Source: Armatimonadota bacterium (lineage in GTDB: Bacteria; Armatimonadota; UBA10988). Taken from it: a stretch of 64,000 bases of DNA. Below are positions 9,258 to 18,570 of this stretch, one piece after another. The stretch spans positions 1 through 64,000 of the forward strand of contig JACRKZ010000130.1 in NCBI GenBank assembly GCA_016235455.1, read 5' to 3'. Made by a program: the position numbers and the translations under genes. Under the pieces are notes generated by a model. The model did not search any database. It saw only the letters and a list, made by a program, of their open reading frames with translations, and was not told the DNA's origin. Each line of letters opens with the position of its first letter. The first letter of the stretch is position 1.

Positions 9258-9778
9258 CTCAACGCCACCTTCGCCAAGGGCGCACTGAACTCGACGACCA
9301 CGGCGTAAGCCGGCTTACGGGTGCCGTCAGAACCATGGGTCTGGGCGAGCTTCTCACGAACCCGCCTCGTCACATCGTGTGCGGCGCCGTGCCGGATGCC
9401 TGAGACTTCCAGCCTCACTTGGCCAGCCAACGGCAGATCGCCAACAACGTCGTCGCCTAGCCAGTAGTCAAACCCCGTTCCCAGTCGGGACTGGCTTACC
9501 GCAGTTAGCCCCGTGATGTCGCGCATCAGCAGCAGAGCCAGCCCTACCGCACCGAGATCCGTCGCTCTCGTCTCCTCGTTGTAGCTGCGCGCCATCTGCG
9601 GTGTCATCGGTGACCACCGCAGCTCGTGCGCCGCAGCCAAAGCGCCGGCAACAGATACCAATGCGCCCTGCTGGTGCCCCTCCAGCTCAAGACAGACGGC
9701 TCCGGCCTGCGCCAGCGCCACACCCAGCTCGGGCGTAACGGCAGGCATGCCTGCCGCCAGGTCATCCAGGTCCAGCAT
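9254..9778 (-). CDS. Hypothetical protein with possible PD-(D/E)xK-like nuclease fold
   Basis: Start ATG 9778 after GAGG; GTGFDYWLG...RLEVSGI...VREKLAQT...AYAVVVEF pattern. Function inferred only. Confidence 0.7.
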   Translation of the reverse strand: MLDLDDLAAGMPAVTPELGVALAQAGAVCLELEGHQQGALVSVAGALAAAHELRWSPMTPQMARSYNEETRATDLGAVGLALLLMRDITGLTAVSQSRLGTGFDYWLGDDVVGDLPLAGQVRLEVSGIRHGAAHDVTRRVREKLAQTHGSDGTRKPAYAVVVEFSAPLAKVALR

Positions 9779-9839
9779 CCCCGCACACCTCTTGCGTCCC
9801 AAGACGCGCAATGGGGAGGCCCCAGCCCGTCAACCCGAC

Positions 9840-11273
9840 CTAACCCTCCGCCTCCACGATCGCCCACTCGCCAGTCCGCAGCCAGTCGTCAATCGACGCC
9901 GCGGCCTTGCGCCCAGCGCCCATGGCCAGGATGACGGTGGCCTGGCCGGTGACCACATCGCCGCCGGCGAACACGCCGGGCAGGTTGGTGCGGCCGGTCT
10001 TGTCATCGGCCGAGATGGTGCCCCTCCGGCTGGTCTGCAGGTCGGGGGTGGTGTTCTTGATCAGCGGGTTGGGGCTCTGGCCGATGGCCATGACCACCAG
10101 GTCGCAGGGCATGTCGTACTCGCTACCCTCGATGGGCACCGGCGAGCGGCGGCCACGCTCGTCGGGCTCGCCGAGCTGTTGCTTCTGGCAGGTGATGGTG
10201 GTCAGGCGGCCGTTCTCGCCGCCGAAGGCTACGGGCAGCGTCAGGAAGTCGAAGATGATGCCCTCTTCCTCGGCGTGCTCCACCTCTTCCAGCCGCGCGG
10301 GCACTTCGTCGCGGCTGCGGCGGTAGACGATGTGCACCTGCTTGGCGCCCAGGCGCAGGGCCGTGCGCGCGGCGTCCATGGCCACGTTGCCCGCGCCCAC
10401 CACCGCCGCCACGCGCGGCTTGGGTACCGGGGTGGCCGCGCCGGTCTGGTAGGCCTTGAGCAGGTTGACCCGCGTCAGGTACTCGTTGGCGCTCATCACG
10501 CCGACCAGGTTCTCGCCGGGGATGCCCATGAACCACGGCAGCCCCGCACCCGTGCCCACGAACACGGCGTCGAACTGCGCGCGCAGCTCGGACAGCGTGG
10601 CGCTCTGGCCGACCACGAAGTCGCAGACGATCTCGGCGCCCATGGCCCGGATCTGGTCGATCTCACGGCGCACGATGTGCTTGGGCAGGCGGAACTCGGG
10701 GATGCCGTAGATCAGCACGCCGCCCGGCTCATGCAGCGCCTCGTAGATGGTTACCTGATGCCCGAGGCGCAGCAGGTCGCAGGCACAGGTCAGGCCCGCC
10801 GGCCCACTACCGACCACGGCGACGCGCTTGCCCGTCGACGGGCTGGGCTGCGGCGGCTCGATCATGTTGTCCATGGCTGCGGCATCGGCCACGAAGCGCT
10901 CCAGGCGGCCGATGGCCACGCTGGCGCCGCGCTTGACCAGGTTGCAGACCGCCTCGCACTGGTTCTCCTGAGGGCAGACCCGGCCGCAGACCGCCGGCAG
11001 CAGGTTGTGCTCGCGCAGCGTGCTGATGGCGCCGCGCAGATCGCCCTTGGCCAGTTCGCGAATGAAGCCGGGGATATCGACATTGACCGGGCAGCCGTCC
11101 ATGCACCGCGGCATCTTGCAGTCCAGGCAGCGGCGCGCCTCCTCGCTGGCCAGCTCCAGCGTGTAGCCCAGCGCCACCTCGGTGAAGTTGTGGCTGCGTT
11201 CGTCGGCCGGTTGCGCGGGCATGGGCCGGCGCACCAGGTCGATGACCTTCTTGCCGCTCGGGGGTTCAGCCAT
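9840..11273 (-). CDS. nfnB: NfnB/SudA (GltD-like FAD, Fe-S large subunit of NADH-dependent ferredoxin:NADP+ oxidoreductase)
   Basis: Start MAEPPSGKK at 11273; EARRCLDC..PRCMDGCPV, PAVCGRVCPQENQCE, GSGPAG, YGIPEFRLPK, GAGNVAMD, GGDVVTGQATVILAMGAG; adjacent to nfnA. Confidence 0.88.
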   Translation of the reverse strand: MAEPPSGKKVIDLVRRPMPAQPADERSHNFTEVALGYTLELASEEARRCLDCKMPRCMDGCPVNVDIPGFIRELAKGDLRGAISTLREHNLLPAVCGRVCPQENQCEAVCNLVKRGASVAIGRLERFVADAAAMDNMIEPPQPSPSTGKRVAVVGSGPAGLTCACDLLRLGHQVTIYEALHEPGGVLIYGIPEFRLPKHIVRREIDQIRAMGAEIVCDFVVGQSATLSELRAQFDAVFVGTGAGLPWFMGIPGENLVGVMSANEYLTRVNLLKAYQTGAATPVPKPRVAAVVGAGNVAMDAARTALRLGAKQVHIVYRRSRDEVPARLEEVEHAEEEGIIFDFLTLPVAFGGENGRLTTITCQKQQLGEPDERGRRSPVPIEGSEYDMPCDLVVMAIGQSPNPLIKNTTPDLQTSRRGTISADDKTGRTNLPGVFAGGDVVTGQATVILAMGAGRKAAASIDDWLRTGEWAIVEAEG

Positions 11274-12138
11274 GGTGCGGCCCCTTTCCCGCGGGCTTGC
11301 TGGAGGCCAACTTGCCGCTGGAATCCAGCCGGCGCATGGTGGCAAGTTCCTGCGGCCGATAGGCGCGGCGCCGGGCCATGAGGCCTTCCCAGTCCACGGC
11401 GCGGCCATCGAACTCAGGCCCGTCGACACAGGCGAACTTGGGCTCGCCGCCGGCGCTGCAGCGGCAGCCGCCGCACATGCCCGTGCCGTCCACCATGACC
11501 GTGTTGAGCGCCACCTTGAGGTTGAGATCACGTTCCTCGGCCAGCTTGGCGGCGCTGCTCATCAGGAACGTGCAGCCGATGGCATAGACCAGCCCGGGCG
11601 CCAGGCCGCCATCGAGCAGCGCGGTCAGCTTGTCGAACGACAGGCCGCGCTCGCCGGCCGTGCCGTCCGAGGTCATCACATAGACCTCGTCGGCGATGGC
11701 TTGGTGCCGCTCGGTCCAGTAGAGCAACCACTGCGTGTGGGCTTCCAGAATGCTGATGACGCGGTTGCCCGCAGCGCGGTGGGCGCGGGCGATGGGGTAG
11801 AGCGCGCCGATGCCGTAGCAGCCGCCCATGAGCACCACCGTGCCGCACGGCTCGACCTCGCTGGCCTTGCCCAACGGGCCCATGTAGGTGGGGATGGTGC
11901 CGCCGGTCTCCAGCCGCGCCAGCTTCATGGTGGCGGCGCCGGCCTCGAGGAAGACGCTGGTCACCGTGCCGGCCTCGCGGTCGAAGTCCGCCACGGACAG
12001 CGGGATGCGCTCGCCCTCCTCGTCGGAACGTAGGATGACGAACTGACCCGGCTGCACCTTGTTGGCCACGTGCGGCGCGTGGATGGTCAGCACATGGTGG
12101 TCGGGCACCAGTTGCCGCCGTTCGACGATCTCGTACAT
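11266..12138 (-). CDS. nfnA: NfnA/SudB (FAD, 2Fe-2S small subunit)
   Basis: QPGQFVILR..EEGERIPLSVAD, MGPLG, MVDGTGMCGGCR..CVDGPEFD. Confidence 0.88.
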   Translation of the reverse strand: MYEIVERRQLVPDHHVLTIHAPHVANKVQPGQFVILRSDEEGERIPLSVADFDREAGTVTSVFLEAGAATMKLARLETGGTIPTYMGPLGKASEVEPCGTVVLMGGCYGIGALYPIARAHRAAGNRVISILEAHTQWLLYWTERHQAIADEVYVMTSDGTAGERGLSFDKLTALLDGGLAPGLVYAIGCTFLMSSAAKLAEERDLNLKVALNTVMVDGTGMCGGCRCSAGGEPKFACVDGPEFDGRAVDWEGLMARRRAYRPQELATMRRLDSSGKLASSKPAGKGPHHG

Positions 12139-12147
12139 GCTGGCTCC

Positions 12148-14385
12148 TCAGGCTCGCGCCGCCGCCGTGGTGGCGGCTACGCGCGCGGCCTCGTGCTCGG
12201 AGACGAACACCGCCGGGCAGGGGTTTGGTCCGTGCAAGCCTTCTTCGCCCGGCCGCAGCACCAGCCGGGCGGTGCCGTCCGGGATGGCCTGGCTTAGCGC
12301 CACGGTCACCGCCACGGCGCCGGTTTCGGTTTCGATGCCGACCTCGTCGCCTTCGGCCAGGCCCAGGCGCGCGGCGTCGTCGGGATGGATGCGCACCACG
12401 TCCTCCAGGGCCAGTGGCGCCAGGCCCGGCACACGCCGGGTCAGCGCATTGCCCAGATAGGCGAAGTGCGAGATCTCGCGGCTCAGCAGCAGTGTCTCGC
12501 CCATCAGCCGGCAGCGCACGCGCAGCGAACGTCGGCGCGGCACCGGCGCGCCCGCGGTCCGCGGCAGGTCGAGCAGGCGCACGGTCAGCTCGCCGGCGAT
12601 GTCGACGATGCTCCGGCAGTCCTCCGGCGGCGCGATGGCGGCAGTGACCTGGCGGGTCTCGCCGAACAGGTCGGTCAGGTGCCCCGAGGTCTCGGCGAAC
12701 ACCGCGGCGGGCAGAACCACATCGGCATAGGCGGTGGCATCGTCGAGGCTGGTGGCCACGGCCAGCCAGAAACGCAGCGGTGGCCGATGGCCCAGCGGCA
12801 GGTGACCCAGCGAGACCAGCCCGTCCACCTCGCTATCGGCCTCGAACCAGGTGTCGAGCCCGCGGCCGCCGTCGGCCGGCTCGATACCGATCTCCTGCAC
12901 ACCGCGCGAGTTGGCGCCATCAAGCAACGGCAGCAGCGCCGCGCCGCTGGCCGCGAACAGCTCGAGACAGGCTGCGCCGGCATCGCTCTGCATGAGCGCC
13001 GAGCCCCACACGACCACCGTGTCGGGGGCGTCGAGCAGGTCGGCGACCGCCGCGGCTTCGCCGCCGGGCAGCGGGCGACGGACGACCGTGGCGTGCGGCA
13101 GCAGGTCGGTGCCGAAGGGCTCCACGCAGCACAGTTCGGCGCCGTTGGCCAGCCCGGCCAGAATGGCCAGGAAGACCGGCGTATGGGCGAAGCGCAGGTC
13201 GCAGCGCACGCAGACGATGCGGCCTGCCGCGCGCAGATCGGCCAGCGTGGCGCTGGTCGCGGGGAAGTCGCCGTCGAGCAGCCTGGCATCGCTGTCCAGG
13301 TGTGGCGTGTGCAGCACGTCGAGCGCCAGGGAGCGCGCAGCCATCAACTCCTCGTCGAGCAGGTCGCGCGAGGCAAACACCGCCGGTTGCGCGCAGCCGG
13401 CCAGGCCTTCGGCCACCCGCGCCAGCGCGGTCTCCCAGTCGGTCTCGACCAATCGCCCATCGCGCCGCACCATGGGCGCGACCGCGCGGTTTTCGGGCAG
13501 CAGCGTCTCGACCACGGCGAAGCGGCCTTTGACGCACAGCGCGCTGTCGGGCGCTGGGCGGCTGCGGATGACCTGGTCGCCGACGGTGTCCAGTTCGATC
13601 TGGCAGCCGAGCCCGCAGAAGGCGCAGGTGCTCGGCGTGCTGCGCTCGGCGGGGCCGATCCACTTGTTGACCCGCTCCGAGAGCGCGCCCGTGGGGCAGG
13701 CGTCGACGCAGGAGCCGCAGAACTGACACGACGTCTCGGTGCGCGGCACATCGCCCGCGGTGAGCACCAGCGTGTCCTCGCCGCGCGCCAGCAGGCCGAT
13801 GGCTTCGGCGCCGCGCACCTCGGCGCAGACGCGGGTGCAGCGCCCGCAGAGGACGCACAGGTTGGCGTCATTGTCGACGAACGGGCTGCGGCGGTCGACG
13901 GGCAAGCCGCGATGCTCGACGGGGTAGGGCATGTCGGTCAGGCCCAGCCGGTTGACCAGGCCCTGGAACTCGCACTGCCCATCGTTGGGGCAGAAGCGGC
14001 AACCGGTGACCGTGCCCGAGCGGCGCGCGGCGCAGCCGTGGTGCTCCAGGCAGTCGGTGTTGTGCAGACACAGCAGGCAGCCGGTGGGGTGCTTGGTGAG
14101 CAACAGTGCCATGGTCGAGCGGCGCAGCCTGAGCAGTTCATCGCTCTCGGTGTGCACCACCATGCCCTGCGCCGCGGGCTGGGTGCAGGCGGCGGGATAG
14201 CCGCGCAGACCCTCGACCTGCACAACGCACAGCCGGCAGCCGCCCATGGGCTGGATGCCGGGGTAGGCGCACAGCCGCGGGATGTCGACACCCGCCTGGT
14301 CGGCGGCGGCGAGCAGCGTGGTCCCAGCGGCGACCGCGACCTCGCGGCCATCGATGGTCAGCGTGACCAGCGGTTCGGCCGCCAT
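12148..14385 (-). CDS. NuoG/FdhA-like multi-Fe-S protein with degenerate molybdopterin-oxidoreductase domain
   Basis: IPRLC..GGCRLCVV..AC (2Fe-2S), HxxxCxxC with Cys-rich insert, CVLCGRCTRVC and CQFCGSCVDACP, CAFCGLGC..LCVKGRF, ADVVLPAA..E..G, molydopterin-binding C-terminus IHPDDAARLGL. Confidence 0.85.
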   Translation of the reverse strand: MAAEPLVTLTIDGREVAVAAGTTLLAAADQAGVDIPRLCAYPGIQPMGGCRLCVVQVEGLRGYPAACTQPAAQGMVVHTESDELLRLRRSTMALLLTKHPTGCLLCLHNTDCLEHHGCAARRSGTVTGCRFCPNDGQCEFQGLVNRLGLTDMPYPVEHRGLPVDRRSPFVDNDANLCVLCGRCTRVCAEVRGAEAIGLLARGEDTLVLTAGDVPRTETSCQFCGSCVDACPTGALSERVNKWIGPAERSTPSTCAFCGLGCQIELDTVGDQVIRSRPAPDSALCVKGRFAVVETLLPENRAVAPMVRRDGRLVETDWETALARVAEGLAGCAQPAVFASRDLLDEELMAARSLALDVLHTPHLDSDARLLDGDFPATSATLADLRAAGRIVCVRCDLRFAHTPVFLAILAGLANGAELCCVEPFGTDLLPHATVVRRPLPGGEAAAVADLLDAPDTVVVWGSALMQSDAGAACLELFAASGAALLPLLDGANSRGVQEIGIEPADGGRGLDTWFEADSEVDGLVSLGHLPLGHRPPLRFWLAVATSLDDATAYADVVLPAAVFAETSGHLTDLFGETRQVTAAIAPPEDCRSIVDIAGELTVRLLDLPRTAGAPVPRRRSLRVRCRLMGETLLLSREISHFAYLGNALTRRVPGLAPLALEDVVRIHPDDAARLGLAEGDEVGIETETGAVAVTVALSQAIPDGTARLVLRPGEEGLHGPNPCPAVFVSEHEAARVAATTAAARA

Positions 14386-14493
14386 CAGCGGCCCGCCTTT
14401 GTCGGTAGGCACGACAATGTTGTCGCATTAGCGCGCGGGGTCGAGCCCGCGTGGCGAAGAGGGTCGCAACTCACCTGGCCGTCTCCACTCGAC

Positions 14494-14499
14494 AGTATA
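14494..14499 (-). promoter_or_regulatory. Putative sigma70 -10 box (TATACT) for the Fe-S/nfnAB cluster
   Basis: Near-consensus hexamer about 110 bp upstream of ATG 14385 in otherwise GC-rich DNA. Confidence 0.5.
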
Positions 14500-14611
14500 C
14501 GGCCAGCGCGCCGGGCGCGCTGGTCCGACGTTGGTGCTGCTGGTCAGCGGTTGGTTCAACCAAGCTGCCACCAGCGGCGGTCGACCGGCAGCCGCGCCGG
14601 GATGGGGAGAG

Positions 14612-14620
14612 TGCTATACT
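14612..14620 (+). promoter_or_regulatory. Putative extended -10 promoter (TGcTATACT)
   Basis: Directly upstream of GGGAG and ATG 14644. Confidence 0.55.
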
Positions 14621-14643
14621 GAAAGGCTGGGAGCACTATAGAG

Positions 14644-16680
14644 ATGCGCATGGGTAGCCGCGTTGTGTGGGCGCTGACAGCGGGTTGGCTGGTGATGGCG
14701 GCGCTGTCGGCCGCCGTGCCGGTCGCGCTATCCGTGACTGCCATTGCAGACCGAACCGTGCAGCTGACCGTGGCCGAGGGCGGCTGCCCCAAGGTGGGCA
14801 CGCGCTGGACCGACGCCGGGCACGACCTGGTGGGTGAGGTGGCCGCCGTTGATGGCCGGCTCGTCACCCTCACGCTCGACCACGCGTCCGCCACGCTGCG
14901 CCTCGGCGACATGGTGCGACTGACGGCCGACAAGACGGTGCCCGCGGCCGGGCCGGCGCCCACTGGCGTGCTGCCGGTGCTCAGCGTCCCCACCGTCGAG
15001 GGTCGTGTGTCGCGCGTCGATGGCGCGGCGCTGTGGGTTGCGGGCAGCGCTCGCCCCCTGGTCAAGCAGCCGGGCGAGTTGCGCCGTGAAGGCGCGGGTT
15101 TCGGGCAGGTGGTGTGGGATGGTGACGGCGACCCGAGCCAGGGCTGGAGCGGCGCCTGGCGCGCTGAGCCCGGTGCGGGCAGCCCACGGCTGGGCGATGT
15201 GGTACGGTACATCGCCCAGCCGGCGAGCGTACGCGCCGCCGCGCCGGTTGCCGCCACACACCGCAAGCCGACGCCGAGCGGCGCGGACAACATGGTGTCG
15301 GTGGACGACCCTGTGATGCGCCTGCTCGAGGCGCTCGCAGGTCGCGGCATGATCGCCGGCGCGGGCCGGCGGCAGTTTGCCGGCGCGGGAGTGGCCTCCT
15401 ACACCCGGCTGGACATCGCCCGGTTCCTGGCTCCCACGCTGGCCCAGTTGGTCGACGACGACAGTCGGTGGCCGGTGCAGAGCATGGACTCCGCCACGGC
15501 GGCCATGCTGCGCGGCGTGGTCAGAGACTACCAGTCCGAGTTGGCTCTGGTCGGCACTGACCCGCGCCATGCGTTGCAGCATCTCGATACGCTGGTCAAG
15601 CCCGGCCTGCATGTGTTGGCCACGGCCGGCGTGGATGGGTCGGTGAGCAGCGACAAGGACGCGTTCGACGGGCGCGCCAGGGCGTCGGTGTTCGCCGGTG
15701 TCGGCCCGCAACTGACGTTCAGCGGCACGGTGAGCACGGAGAGCCTCGGCGCCATGCCGTCCGGCCGCGACCGCACCACGCTCGACACCTATTGGCTGCA
15801 GTGGCGGCCCAGCCGCTCGTTCACGCTGGGCGCCGGCCGCGCTTCGTTCCGCCTGGGTTCGGGCTACAACGACCTGCTGTGGTCGGACCGCGCTCTCTCG
15901 CCCGATCGCCTGATGCTCGACTGGCGCCTGTCGCTGTTCGGCCGGCCGCTGCGCATTGAGGAGAATGTCGGCTACTTCGACAACAACGGCGCGCGGGTCG
16001 TGGCTCTGCGCCGCATCGAGTACCAGCCCTGGCGCCCGCTGACCATCGCCGTCAACGAAGGGCTGGTGACGGACCGCGCTTCGCAGGGCCTGGCCGCCTT
16101 GGCGCTGCCACTCTATGCCGTGCGCTTCGTCTCGGGCAAGAGCGCCAACGGCGGCTACGGCAACTACGTGGGCAGCCTGGAGGCCACGCTGCGCGCCACC
16201 CGCCAGTGGTCGGTCTACGGCGAGTTCTTCCTCGACGACTTCGACTTCTCGCCCAGCCCGCCCAGGACCGCGACGCGTCGCGGCTGGCTGGGCGGTGTGC
16301 AGTACACCCCCGCGGGCGCGCTGCCGGGCACGAGCTACCGCTTCGAAGCCGCCATTCTGCCCGATACCGGCACCTACCTCGGGCAGCAGGACCGTGGCAT
16401 GTCGTGGACGCGCGGCGGCTATCTCCTGGGCCACGAGTACGGCGAAGACTCCTCGGGCTGGCGCTTCTCGGCGCGGCAGCGCATGTCCCCCAAGCTGGAC
16501 CTGCGCCTGGCCGCCGAGCATTTCACGCAGCTGCGCGAGAGCCCCGTCAGCCCATCCACCACCAGGCTGGAGGTCGGCGCGGGGTACAACCTCACGCGCT
16601 GGTGGAGCCTGGGCATGGGCTACCGCTACGAGCGGCGCACCAGCATCGGCGCCATCGCCGGCAACGACCGCCGGCTGCCA
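14644..16680 (+). CDS. Outer-membrane protein: N-terminal beta domains + SLH-like domain + Wzi-like (capsule assembly) barrel; no stop at expected end (ORF runs on to 17277)
   Basis: Signal peptide; DDPVMRLLEALAGRGMI..YTRLDIARFL (SLH-like); RRIEYQPW, VYGEFFLDDF, LLGHEYGEDS typical of Wzi-like barrels. End coordinate approximate. Confidence 0.65.
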
Positions 16681-18570
16681 GCGTTGGTCGTCGGGCAACG
16701 GCCGGGGCGGAGACAGTGGCTGCCGCGAGCGACGCCAGGCGTACCACCAGCCGGCCACGTTGGCCAGCAGGGCCAGCGCGATCAGCACCAGGCGCGGGTT
16801 CGGCAGGGCCGGGCGCTCCGGCTCGTCGTGCAGCACTGGCGGCGGCGGTGGCGGCGTGGGTCGGGCGGTGGGCCGGCTCGGCAGCGGGGCGCCGAGGTCG
16901 GCGGTCGGCGGCAGGCTTGGCGCCTTGCCCAGCGCCCCCAGTTCGCGCGCTACGCACTGTACCACCAGGTCGGGCAGCGCCGTGACCGTGTAGTCCTGGC
17001 GCTCGACGTGATGCACGGTGGTGCCGGCATCGCCGCCCTTGGTGATGAACAGGAACCGCCCGCGCGTGAACAGCGCGGCCTGGCGCCACACATACTCGCG
17101 CAGGTCGTCGTCGGCATCGCCCGAGCCGCCGCTGGTCGAGACAGCGCAGATCTTGATGCCCTTGGCCGCGGCACGCTGGGTGACGGGCAGGTACTGGGTC
17201 TCCTGGTAGTCCAGGTGCGGCGGCGCATCGCCGACCAGGAAGGCCATGCGCAGCGCCGGCGCGGGCGACCACTGTAGTTCGTCGACCATGGCGCCGAGCG
17301 CCGCGTTGACGTCCTCGGGCTCATCGCCGCCGGCCTCGGCGCGCACGTCCCGCAGGTAGCCGCGGAACTCATCGACCGATTCGGTGAACGGCCTGGTCTG
17401 CGTGACATACGACTCGTTGCGGTCGCGGTACATGACCAGCCCGAGTCGCAGCCGCGGCCGGTTGGGCAGCTTGCCCACGCGCTGAGACACATCGCTGATG
17501 GTCTCGCGCAGCCGTTCGATCTCCTCGCTCATGGAGCCCGTCGTGTCCAGCACGAAGGCCACGTCGAGCGTCAGTCGGTCCTGTTGGCCACGGTTGGTGG
17601 TCAGCCGCCAGATGTCACCTTCGGGCCGCCGCGTGAACACCGGGCTGCCGGCGCCGTCCACTCCCACTTCCAGACTGTGCGGCGTCTGCGGGCCGGAGGC
17701 ATTGGGGAAGAACACCGCCTGCCCGCCGGCGTCGGTGCGTGCGGTGAACTTGGCGCTGGGGATGCGCACCTCGGCATCGGGCACGGCGCGGCCCTGGGCG
17801 TCGGTGACCACGATGGTGTAGCGCTCGCGTACATCCACCCACGGCGCTCCGGCCGGCGGCGAGTACTTGCGTAGGTAGTCCAGGTACTTGCCGAAGCTCT
17901 GGTTGTCGTCGGTTTCGCCGGCGCGCAGCGGGTCGCCGACGGGCACCGCGCCGATGACAGCCCCGCTGGGCTTGGCCTCGGCGATGCCCTTGGCCACGCG
18001 GGCCGATCTTGGCGCAGGCGGCGCGGCGTCCGCGTCCATGGTCGCGACCGACGGCGGTGGTGGAGTGGCCGGCGAGCCCGCGGCCGGCGCCGTCGATCGC
18101 ATGGACCACGAGGTCACTGACGGCGCTCGTGCGCTCATGGGTGGCGGCATCGAGGAGGCTGCGTCGACGCGGTCGGCCGCGCTGCCTGCCATCGGCGGCG
18201 GCTCTGCTTCCTCGCTCTTGGCCGGGAAGAGGACGTTGAAGGGCGCCGGCACCACCGCCAAGACCGTGCAGGCGCTCAGGCCCCAGGCCAACAGCGTGAA
18301 CGGCCGGCGGCCCGACGGAACGAGAAACGCCCACCATGGCTGGACCACGATGCGGTCGGCGGCCTGCAGCACGCGCGCCTCGAATCCGCGCGGCATGGCC
18401 GGCAGCAGGCTCTCGCGGGCCAGGGCGTTGACCGCGCGCAACCGTGCCAAATCGGCGGCCAGGTCGGGGTTGCCGGCCAGGTCGGCTTCCAGGGCGGCGC
18501 GCTCTGCGGCGCTCAGCTCCTGGTCAAGGTAGGGCTGTAGTCGAGGGTCAAACGAGCGGTCGGCGCTCAT
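16680..18570 (-). CDS. Anti-sigma-like N-terminus + TM + VWA domain + C-terminal membrane anchor; no stop at expected end (ORF runs on to 14728)
   Basis: LQPYLDQELSAAERAALEADL (anti-sigma domain), TM, LDVAFVLDTTGSM MIDAS, GGDEPEDV, LVGDAPPH, Pro-rich linker, LVLIALALLANVAGWWYAWRRSR. Lower coordinate approximate. Confidence 0.75.

Noticed and set aside
12148-14385. Selenocysteine formate dehydrogenase
   Set aside because: No in-frame TGA and no Cys at the Mo-ligand position.
14386-14490. Fluoride riboswitch-like words on the minus strand (GGAGACGGC...GCTAATG...TGCCTAC)
   Set aside because: Spacing and pseudoknot pairing do not fit the consensus and the downstream genes are not fluoride-related.
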